A DNA stretch of 32,000 nt from Trichlorobacter lovleyi SZ. GTDB lineage: Bacteria; Desulfobacterota; Desulfuromonadia; Geobacterales; Pseudopelobacteraceae. The position numbers and the translations under genes were made by a program. The first letter of the stretch is position 1. Each line of letters opens with the position of its first letter. Below the pieces are notes generated by a model. It made no database searches and had not been told where the DNA came from. It saw only the letters and a list, made by a program, of their open reading frames with translations. The stretch lies in contig NC_010814.1 in the NCBI RefSeq assembly GCF_000020385.1, positions 330,001 to 362,000 of the forward strand, read 5' to 3'. Of the stretch, positions 25,362 through 32,000 are shown piece by piece.

Positions 25362-26363
25362 ATGAAAACCCGCGGCAAGCCAACCGGCCACTATACCCAG
25401 GCAGCACGTCTGCACAATGTAATCCGCCTGATTGAGACCCGTAACGGCATCACGCTGGATGAGCTGGTGGAGGAGACCGGGGTGGACCGCCGCACAGTTC
25501 ACCGGGATCTGGTGGCGATCCAGGAGGCCGGCTACCCGTTGACCGCAGATCGCCAGGATGGGCGCAAGATCTACCGTTTTCTGACCAGCACCCGTCAGGT
25601 GGCACCGATCACCTTCACCCTGGATGAGCTGGTGTCGCTGCATCTGCTCAAGGCCTGTGCCGGACTGCTGCCGCCCGAGCCGTTCGGTGCCGAGATCGAC
25701 GCCATCTTTGCCAAAATCCATGCCTCGTTGCCGCCCCGTTCAGTGGCACATCTGGAACGGATTGCCCGGGTCTCGCTGCCCCGCTTCCAGGGGGGCAGAG
25801 CCTATGCGGGCTCAGCTGAGCTTTTGTCCGAGCTGCGCCGGGCGCTGTTGTTTCAGTACCGGGTCAAGCTGTCCTACAGCCGCAGCGGCAAGGAAGCTGC
25901 ACTGTATGAGATCGATCCCTACACCCTGGTGCTGGCCAAGGGGGGACTGTACCTGCTGGCCCATGCCCATAACCGCGATGCGGTGCGGCTGTTTGCGGTG
26001 GAGCGGATCGTGGGGCTGACCGTTACCCGTCAGCGTTTTGAGATGCCGGATGACTTTGACCCGGAGCAGCATTTCAGTGATGCCTTTGGTCTGGTGACGG
26101 ACCAGCCGATGCAGCTCAAGATCCGTTTTGACCGTGAGGTGGCCCATATGGTGCGGGACAGGGTCTGGCGGACCGGACAGACCCTGCTGAGCGAGCCGGA
26201 CGGCTCCGTCCTGCTCTCGTTTGAGGCGGCCGGCTCCCTGGAGATCCTGGCCTGGGTGCTGTCCTACGGACGCCATGCAGAGCTGCTGGAACCGCCTGAA
26301 CTGCGCAAGGAGCTGAAGCGCCAGATCAAGGGGCTGCGCGAGATCTATCGCAAGAAGGGATAA
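25362..26363 (+). CDS. WYL-domain transcriptional regulator (HTH + WYL + C-terminal extension; YafY/PafBC-like architecture)
   Basis: N-terminal wHTH ITLDELVEETGVDRRTVHRDLVAIQEAGYPL. WYL region YRVKLSYSRSGKEAALYEIDPYTLVLAKGGLYLLAH. SD-like AGGGGGG before the ATG. Confidence 0.85.
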   Translation: MKTRGKPTGHYTQAARLHNVIRLIETRNGITLDELVEETGVDRRTVHRDLVAIQEAGYPLTADRQDGRKIYRFLTSTRQVAPITFTLDELVSLHLLKACAGLLPPEPFGAEIDAIFAKIHASLPPRSVAHLERIARVSLPRFQGGRAYAGSAELLSELRRALLFQYRVKLSYSRSGKEAALYEIDPYTLVLAKGGLYLLAHAHNRDAVRLFAVERIVGLTVTRQRFEMPDDFDPEQHFSDAFGLVTDQPMQLKIRFDREVAHMVRDRVWRTGQTLLSEPDGSVLLSFEAAGSLEILAWVLSYGRHAELLEPPELRKELKRQIKGLREIYRKKG

Positions 26364-26439
26364 CTCCAGTTCCAGCTCAAAGGCACTATCTGCGCCGGAT
26401 CGTCTCTGGCTCCGCCGCGTCCTGATCCGTTCATGCCGT

Positions 26440-26489
26440 CGTCGCCGGAATCCTTGCCGCCTTGATGTCATCCTTGATTTGAAATTGGA
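26440..26489. repeat. Copy B of the same ~50-nt intergenic element, upstream of the midA-like gene
   Basis: CGTCGCCGGAATCCTTGCCGCCTTGATGTCATCCTTGATTTGAAATTGGA. It contains CCTTGAT twice with 12-nt spacing. Confidence 0.7.
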
Positions 26490-26504
26490 GGATTGAATAG
26501 GAAC

Positions 26505-26533
26505 TTGACCCTGCTTTCTTGACCCTGCATAAT
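26505..26533 (+). promoter_or_regulatory. Candidate sigma70 promoter for the midA-like/HAD operon, overlapped by a tandem 11-mer
   Basis: TTGACC (26505-26510), 17-nt spacer, CATAAT (26528-26533). CTTGACCCTGC occurs twice (26504-26514 and 26518-26528). The ATG at 26542 is only 8 nt past the -10, and there is no SD. Confidence 0.45.
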
Positions 26534-26541
26534 CCACGACC

Positions 26542-27678
26542 ATGAACGATATGACCTTACATGACCTGATTGCCGACCGTATCCGTGCCGCAGGCCGGAT
26601 CACCTTTGCCGATTACATGGCTGCCTGCCTCTACGAGCCCGGGCTGGGCTACTACACCTCGCCGGGACGCAAGGTGGGGACTGAGGGTGACTTCTATACC
26701 AGCATCACGGTGCATGCCACCTTCGGACGGGTCATTGCCCGCGAAATCGCTGCCATGTGGCGTTCTATGGACTGTCCGGCTGATTTTACCCTGGTTGAAG
26801 CGGGTGCCGGCCATGGCCGCCTGGCCTGCGACATCATGGACTTTCTGGCAGAGCAGCAGCCGGACTGTTATGCCGCCACAAAGCTGGTGCTGGTTGAACA
26901 GGAACCAACCCTGGCCGAGGCCCAGGCCGCCCTGCTGGCCAACCATGCGGCCAGGTTGTCCTGGCTTTCCCCGGCCGAGCTGCCCGGTTTCCGTTTCAGC
27001 GGTGTACTCTACTCCAACGAATTGCTGGATGCCATGCCGGTGCATCGGGTGCTGATGAGCCCGCAGGGGTTGAAAGAGATCTACGTTACCCTTGATGGCG
27101 ACCAGTTTCAGGATCAGTCTGATCTGCCATCCACTCCGGCACTTGCGGCCTATCTTGATCGCTTTGGCATTCCGCTGCACCCCGGTCAGGAGGCCGAGGT
27201 CTCCCTGGCCGGCCTGGCCTGGTTTGAAGATGTGGCAGAATGCCTGCAGCAGGGCTTTATCCTGACCATTGACTATGGCTGGGCCAAGGCAGAGCTGTAC
27301 TCTCCCCAGCGTAACCTGGGCACCCTGCTTTGCTACTACAAGCATACCGTGGAGGACAACCCGTACCAGCGGCTGGGACAGCAGGATATCACCACCCATA
27401 TCAACTTCAGTGCCCTGATCGAGCGTGGCGAAGAGCTTGGCCTCAAGCCGCTCTGGTTTGGCGAGCAGTCCCGTTTTCTGCTCTCTGCCGGGGTGATTGA
27501 AGAGCTGGAGCAGATCGAGGCATCCGACCTGCCGGAAAAAGATAAACTGCGTCTGCGGCTGATCATCAAGCGGCTGATCATGCCGGAAGGGGGGATGGGA
27601 GATACCTTCCGGGTGCTGGTACAGTCAAAAGGGGTGACAGATCCCAGGCTGGGCTGTCTGCGTGGAATCAGCCTGTGA
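26542..27678 (+). CDS. SAM-dependent methyltransferase, MidA/NDUFAF7 family (DUF185)
   Basis: ITFADYMAACLYEPGLGYYTS...GDFYTS...LVEAGAGHGRLA...SNELLDAMPVH are typical MidA motifs. 378 aa. Confidence 0.85.
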   Translation: MNDMTLHDLIADRIRAAGRITFADYMAACLYEPGLGYYTSPGRKVGTEGDFYTSITVHATFGRVIAREIAAMWRSMDCPADFTLVEAGAGHGRLACDIMDFLAEQQPDCYAATKLVLVEQEPTLAEAQAALLANHAARLSWLSPAELPGFRFSGVLYSNELLDAMPVHRVLMSPQGLKEIYVTLDGDQFQDQSDLPSTPALAAYLDRFGIPLHPGQEAEVSLAGLAWFEDVAECLQQGFILTIDYGWAKAELYSPQRNLGTLLCYYKHTVEDNPYQRLGQQDITTHINFSALIERGEELGLKPLWFGEQSRFLLSAGVIEELEQIEASDLPEKDKLRLRLIIKRLIMPEGGMGDTFRVLVQSKGVTDPRLGCLRGISL

Positions 27679-28355
27679 TCCCTGGGACGATCAAAGCGAT
27701 TGTATTTGACCTGGATGGCACCCTGTATGTCTCTGAGGCTTTTGAACATGCGGTCTGGGAATCGGTTTCCCGTTATGCCGGACAACTGCTGGGGCTTTCG
27801 GCTGATGCAGGCGGAAGGCGCTTAAAGGAGTTGCGAGACCGTTTGACTGCGGAGCGGGGGACCGTGCAGACCCTGGCGGTGGCGATTGAAGTCTTGGGCG
27901 GCACGGTGCCGGAGATGCACCGCCGCTTTGCTGAAGAGCTTGAACCGCAGCAGTATATTCAGCCGGATCCGCGGGTCAGGCCGCTGGTAAACCGGCTGGG
28001 GGAACGCTACACCAGTTGGCTGCTGACCAACAACAATCAGACCCTTACCAACAAGATTCTCGCCTGTCTGGACCTTGAGCAGAGTTTCCAGCGGGTGATC
28101 ACCATAAACGATACCTGGCGTCCCAAGCCTGATCGGACCGTGCTTGATCAGGTGCTGAAAGAGCTGGGTCTGCCTTCTGAAGCGGTACTGTTTGTGGGTG
28201 ATCGCTATGACATTGATCTGCGTCTGCCGGAGCAAGAAGGCTGTCCGGTGTTGCTGACCAAAACCATTGATGAGCTGATGCAACTGCAAACGCTCCTCGA
28301 TCAGCCTTCCCGGTCTATCTGGTCACAGCCACTACCTGCAGACGGCCGGCCTTGA
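27675..28355 (+). CDS. HAD-superfamily hydrolase (phosphatase-like)
   Basis: GTGA overlap with the midA-like stop. Motif I is VFDLDGTLY, motif II is LLTNN, and motif IV is VGDRYDID. Confidence 0.85.
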   Translation: MIPGTIKAIVFDLDGTLYVSEAFEHAVWESVSRYAGQLLGLSADAGGRRLKELRDRLTAERGTVQTLAVAIEVLGGTVPEMHRRFAEELEPQQYIQPDPRVRPLVNRLGERYTSWLLTNNNQTLTNKILACLDLEQSFQRVITINDTWRPKPDRTVLDQVLKELGLPSEAVLFVGDRYDIDLRLPEQEGCPVLLTKTIDELMQLQTLLDQPSRSIWSQPLPADGRP

Positions 28356-28390
28356 ATCAGGCCTGTTTTAGAACAGGGTTATCAGAATCC

Positions 28391-28419
28391 TTGCCTTTTT
28401 AATGAAGGTTTGTTCTAAT
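28391..28419 (+). promoter_or_regulatory. Candidate extended -10 sigma70 promoter for the chemoreceptor gene
   Basis: TTGCCT (28391-28396), 17-nt spacer ending in TGT, then TCTAAT (28414-28419). The -35 overlaps the shared motif GAATCCTTGCC. Confidence 0.35.
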
Positions 28420-28466
28420 GGCGGCCCGTGTCTTCTCCCATGCCCGGTGCCAATGGAGGTAGCTTT

Positions 28467-30563
28467 ATGTTTCGCGCCCGTCTGACTGCCAAGGTCCTGA
28501 TCGCCATTGCCGTAACCCTTTCCGTCGGTTTTGCCTGTCTCGGGGTCTTGAGTCTCTACCTCTCCTACACCTCCATGCTTGACCTGCAGCGTAACAACGC
28601 CCGCCAGGCGGCAGCCAATGTTATCCATGATCTGATTGAACTGAAGATGAAAGGCGACTTCCAGGCCTTTAACCAGTATGTGGATGAGGTGGTCAAACGG
28701 GGCGGTGCCCTGAAGATTCAACTCTTTCATCCCGACGGCAAACAGTACAACGGCACAGAAAACAGTGAGCTGCTGAAGCAGGCGGTTGAGGCCGGGGTAC
28801 AGAAGGAACAGAACAGTGTTGTTGACGGCAAGTCTGCTCTGGTACTAGCCACGCCGCTGGCCAATGAGGCCCGTTGTAATGCCTGCCATGCGGCCGGCCC
28901 CAAGTTTCTGGGAGGGCTGCAGCTGGTCACCTCTCTGGAAGAGGGGGCTGCCAAGGCCAAAAAACTGGCTGTGGTGCTGACCGGGGTGGGGATCTTCTTC
29001 TTCTTCCTGATCATCGGGGTGCTCTATCTGCTGATCTCACGACTGGTGGTGCGGCCGATTCGGGAACTTTCTGCCCAGGTTGAGGATATTGCCAAGGGGG
29101 AAGGTAACCTGACCAAGGTCTTGCCGGTCCGCTCAGAGGATGAGATCGGCCATCTGGCTGGTGAGGTCAACCACCTGACCCAGACGGTCCGCGAGATCAT
29201 CGCTTCGCTGTATCAGCAGGCCTGTATGCTGGGCGGAAATACCTGTGAGCTTTCCAATGCCACCGAGCGGATTGCCAAAGAGGTACAGGAACAGATGGAG
29301 CATGCCGATATGGTGGCCACTGCTGCTGAAGAAATGAGCAGCACCATCCAGAACGTATCTGAAAACACCCACCAGGCAGTCGATCTTTCTGCCACGGTGG
29401 ATTCGGCTGCCAGCACCGGTCTGGCGGTGGTGCAGGAGACCTGGCAGTGCATGAACAGTGTCTCGGAGAGTGTTGAGTCAACCCTGGCCGGTATTGCCGA
29501 GCTGGAACGCTCTTCCGCCAGTATCGGCGACATGCTCTCTCTGATTGAAGATATTGCCGATCAGACCAACCTGCTGGCCTTGAATGCCGCCATTGAGGCG
29601 GCTCGGGCCGGTGAGGCCGGCCGCGGTTTTGCCGTGGTTGCCGATGAGGTCCGTTCTCTGGCCGAAAAGACCACCAAATCCACCAAGGATATTGAGCGGG
29701 TGGTGGGCAAGATCCAGCAGGAAAGCGAACGGGCTGCAGCCAGTATCCGCAAGGAAAGCGCCCTGGTCCGTTCCGGTCTGCAGCAGGCTGAAGAGGCGCG
29801 CCGCCAGCTGGAGGATATCAAAAACTGCGCCTCAAGCTCACGGATGATGAGTGAGCTGATTGCGGTTGCCGCTGCCGAGCAGACCACCGTAACCGGCGAG
29901 ATTTCAAGCAAGATCCACCATATCTCCGATGCGGCCCACGGCACCAACCAGATGATGAAGGCCAACATGGAGACCTTTGCCCGTTTTGCCGACACCGTTG
30001 AGAGTATTTACGGCACCGTGGGGCGCTTCTCGGTGGGCAACTACCATGATCAGGTCAAGGCCTATGCTGCCGAGCTGTCCAATGGTGTACAAGCTGCCAT
30101 TGCCGAGGCGATCAAAAGCGGTACCCTGTCCGAGGCCGATCTGTTTGACCGCAACTATCAGCCCTATCCCAAGAAGACCGATCCTCCCAAGTTTACTACC
30201 CGTTTTGACGGTTTCTTTGACCGGGTCGTCTCGCCCATGCAGGAGGCAATTGTCAACCGTGACAGCCAGCTGGCCTATGCCATCTGTTTTGACAACAACG
30301 CCTACGTTCCCTGCCATAACCTGCGTTTCAGCAAGCCGTTGACCGGTAATATAGAACAGGACAGGGTCAATAATCGTACCAAACGGATTTTTGGGGATCA
30401 TACCGGCATGCGTTGTGCAAAGAATACTGACGGAGTTCTGTTGCAGACCTACCGGCGTGACACCGGTGAAATCCTGAATGACCTTTCCGTGCCGATCTTC
30501 ATCAACGGCAAGCACTGGGGTGGCATCCGCTTTGGCTATAAAGCCCCCTGCAGCCTGAAATAG
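28467..30563 (+). CDS. Methyl-accepting chemotaxis protein with a periplasmic CXXCH (c-heme) sensor domain, HAMP, MCP signalling domain and an extra C-terminal Cache/PAS-like domain
   Basis: The ATG at 28467 ([14 protein letters not shown]) has GGAGG 7 nt upstream; the ORF is listed from GTG 28428. TM1 is followed by a ~150-aa periplasmic region with CNACH (nt 28875-28889), then TM2. The signalling hairpin reads [43 protein letters not shown] further ~190 aa follow, ending [11 protein letters not shown]. Confidence 0.9.
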   Translation: MFRARLTAKVLIAIAVTLSVGFACLGVLSLYLSYTSMLDLQRNNARQAAANVIHDLIELKMKGDFQAFNQYVDEVVKRGGALKIQLFHPDGKQYNGTENSELLKQAVEAGVQKEQNSVVDGKSALVLATPLANEARCNACHAAGPKFLGGLQLVTSLEEGAAKAKKLAVVLTGVGIFFFFLIIGVLYLLISRLVVRPIRELSAQVEDIAKGEGNLTKVLPVRSEDEIGHLAGEVNHLTQTVREIIASLYQQACMLGGNTCELSNATERIAKEVQEQMEHADMVATAAEEMSSTIQNVSENTHQAVDLSATVDSAASTGLAVVQETWQCMNSVSESVESTLAGIAELERSSASIGDMLSLIEDIADQTNLLALNAAIEAARAGEAGRGFAVVADEVRSLAEKTTKSTKDIERVVGKIQQESERAAASIRKESALVRSGLQQAEEARRQLEDIKNCASSSRMMSELIAVAAAEQTTVTGEISSKIHHISDAAHGTNQMMKANMETFARFADTVESIYGTVGRFSVGNYHDQVKAYAAELSNGVQAAIAEAIKSGTLSEADLFDRNYQPYPKKTDPPKFTTRFDGFFDRVVSPMQEAIVNRDSQLAYAICFDNNAYVPCHNLRFSKPLTGNIEQDRVNNRTKRIFGDHTGMRCAKNTDGVLLQTYRRDTGEILNDLSVPIFINGKHWGGIRFGYKAPCSLK

Positions 30564-30601
30564 TTTTAACCAACCTGCTGGTTACGAAAAGGAGAGCCGA
30601 C

Positions 30602-31009
30602 ATGGCGTTACTGTTGTGGGGACCGATGCTTGAAGTGGGGGTCAAGGAGATTGATACCCAGCACAGGAAACTGGTTGATCTGGCAAATGAACTGTCCGAC
30701 GCCCAGATGGCCGGCAAGGCCAAGGATGTACTGGGCAAGACCCTGTCCGAACTGGTGCGGTATACCGTCACCCATTTTTCAACGGAAGAGCGTCTGATGG
30801 ATCAGCACAAGTATCCGGCAGCGGTCGACCACAAACAGCAACACAAGGATCTGGTCAAGACCGTCTCTGATTTCAAGGCCAAATTTGACAAAGGTGATGC
30901 TGCCCTGTCACAGGAGATCATGCACTTTTTGCGGGACTGGCTGACCAAACATATCATGAATACCGACAAGGCCTTTGCCCGTGACCTGATTCAAAAAGGG
31001 GTCAAGTAG
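30602..31009 (+). CDS. Bacteriohemerythrin (hemerythrin-like metal-binding protein)
   Basis: 135 aa. VKEIDTQHRKLV, HFSTEERLM, HKQQHKDL and HFLRDWLTKHIMNTD carry the His/Glu/Asp di-iron ligand pattern. AAGGAGAG RBS. Confidence 0.9.
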   Translation: MALLLWGPMLEVGVKEIDTQHRKLVDLANELSDAQMAGKAKDVLGKTLSELVRYTVTHFSTEERLMDQHKYPAAVDHKQQHKDLVKTVSDFKAKFDKGDAALSQEIMHFLRDWLTKHIMNTDKAFARDLIQKGVK

Positions 31010-31128
31010 CCTTATTCCTCCTTATGCCGGGCGGTTTCTCGGTGGCCGCCCCGGCAGCATAGATGAAGATATCTTCATTATAGTTGATTTCCTTGCATTT
31101 CAGTCTGGTTGGGCTAAACTGATCCTCC

Positions 31129-32000
31129 ATGGTTGATCATCACCTCACCACGACTTCTCGTACAGCCATCCTCTGGGCCCTGGCAGCAGGCTGCTGCGGC
31201 CTGCTGCTGAACCGTTTTCTGCCGATTGAATTGTACTATCATCTCTCCCTGCTGCTGGGATCGCTGCTGCCGCTGGTGGTACTGGGGCTGCTGGGCGGGC
31301 GTTTCGGTATTCCGGCCGGTGTGGTTGCGGCCTCCGGAACCCTGCTGATCTGGCTGCAGCCGATTCCGTTTCTGGTGCTCTCGCTGGAAATAGTGCTGGT
31401 TGCCCTGCTGGTCCGGCGCGGGATGCGCCTGACCCAGGCGGTGATGCTTTACTGGCTGGTGGTCGGCATGCCGTTGATACTGCTTGCCTACCTGTTTCTG
31501 CTGGATATCAGTGCGCAGGCCGCCCTGGTCTTTGCACTCAAGTTTGGCCTGAACGGTGCCTTTAATGCCCAGATCGCCGCACTGATAATAGTTGCGATCC
31601 ACTACTGGCGTTTCAGAAAGAGCGGGGCGCAGGAACACCGGATTTCCTTTGTAGAGGCATTGACCCTGTTGGTGACTGCTGCGGTCTACATCCCGCCGAT
31701 GATCATGCTGTTGGTCGGTTTGCGCGGCGCCCAGCAACAGCATCTGGCAACGATGCACAGCACTGTGTCACAGGTGACCGACGCGACACAGGCCTTGCTG
31801 GGAGATTGGCTGCAACGACGGCTTGACTCGGTTAATGCCGTGGCAAAAGAGGTGGCCGTACCCCTCGGCGCCTCACCGGAGACCAGGCGGCTGATGTCCT
31901 TGATTAAACAGAGCGATCCGGTGTTGCTGCGGCTGGGGCTGTCTGATCAGCAGGGCAAGGAACTCCTGCACCTGACAAGTGATGTCATCCACGGCAGTGT
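31129..32000 (+). CDS. Multi-pass membrane sensor protein, N-terminal part (3' end outside the window); probably a sensor kinase or cyclase-type signalling protein
   Basis: This ORF is not in the supplied track. My hand translation from ATG 31129 is open to base 32000: MVDHHLTTTSRTAILWALAAGCCGLLLNRF...LVVLGLLGGRFGIPAGVVAASGTLLIWLQPIPFLVLSLEIVLVALLV... It has about 6 hydrophobic helices followed by a soluble region. An in-frame TGA lies at 31120-31122, just upstream. I saw no SD. Confidence 0.6.
   Translation, partial: MVDHHLTTTSRTAILWALAAGCCGLLLNRFLPIELYYHLSLLLGSLLPLVVLGLLGGRFGIPAGVVAASGTLLIWLQPIPFLVLSLEIVLVALLVRRGMRLTQAVMLYWLVVGMPLILLAYLFLLDISAQAALVFALKFGLNGAFNAQIAALIIVAIHYWRFRKSGAQEHRISFVEALTLLVTAAVYIPPMIMLLVGLRGAQQQHLATMHSTVSQVTDATQALLGDWLQRRLDSVNAVAKEVAVPLGASPETRRLMSLIKQSDPVLLRLGLSDQQGKELLHLTSDVIHGS

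Noticed and set aside
25812-27399. Minus-strand ORFs 25812..26603 (263 aa) and 26557..27399 (280 aa)
   Set aside because: They are antisense to the WYL regulator and the MidA-type methyltransferase, both of which carry recognisable domains. The products are Arg/Gln-rich, so these are shadow ORFs.
25264-28396. The TCCTTGC(C) motifs as the -12 element of sigma54 promoters
   Set aside because: I checked each copy for a GG dinucleotide at the required distance upstream (TGGCAC-N5-TTGC). None has it: the positions read GC, GC and AT, and GT at the weak fourth copy.
31026-31054. GC-rich hairpin GCCGGGCGG...CCGCCCCGGC after the hemerythrin gene, as an intrinsic terminator
   Set aside because: The stem has a bulge and there is no following T tract. 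It may still act as a stabiliser or a Rho-dependent site, but it is not supportable as a rho-independent terminator.
1-32000. CRISPR arrays, IS elements, prophage or toxin-antitoxin/defence modules
   Set aside because: I found no spaced direct repeats, no terminal inverted repeats flanking a transposase-like ORF, and no nuclease/helicase/methylase clusters. The WYL regulator is not next to any recognisable defence gene.

Overview
High-GC (about 60%) chromosomal segment, by gene content probably a Geobacter-like Desulfuromonadota (c-heme chemoreceptor sensor, PFOR, hemerythrin). The taxon is an inference. It looks like mostly core or housekeeping DNA. I see no transposase, integrase, phage genes, CRISPR array or recognisable defence genes.

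Left to right:
- a DUF422-type membrane protein (5' partial)
- an HpnG-like phosphorylase (-)
- tRNA-Ser(GGA)
- fatty acid cis/trans isomerase Cti
- a large membrane protein plus an MscS channel (-)
- SRP RNA (ffs), hidden under an over-extended dnaX ORF
- dnaX, ybaB, recR
- pyruvate:ferredoxin oxidoreductase
- overlapping hslO, long U32-family protein and secreted thermonuclease
- a minus-strand run: endonuclease-III-related gene, folK, small YHS-domain membrane protein, transaldolase/F6P aldolase, and a response regulator with tandem MshEN-type N-terminal modules
- two SDR genes flanking an RlpA-like gene, then yqaA/dedA-like
- a WYL-domain regulator, MidA/NDUFAF7-type methyltransferase and HAD hydrolase
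- a chemoreceptor with a periplasmic CXXCH and an extra C-terminal sensor-like domain, followed by a hemerythrin
- a 3'-partial multi-TM sensor gene that is missing from the ORF track

Observations I consider most worth follow-up:
1. An E. coli-like A AAA AAG slippery site inside an A10 run near the 3' end of dnaX, with a -1 frame stop two codons later.
2. A ~50-nt element present at ~80% identity upstream of both the WYL regulator gene and the next operon. A shorter core recurs upstream of the chemoreceptor.
3. The multi-sensor MCP plus hemerythrin pair.
4. The tandem MshEN-REC regulator.
5. Two candidate leaderless genes (folK, midA-like).

All family assignments come from motif recognition by eye. 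No searches were run. I did not find a convincing undescribed multi-gene system.
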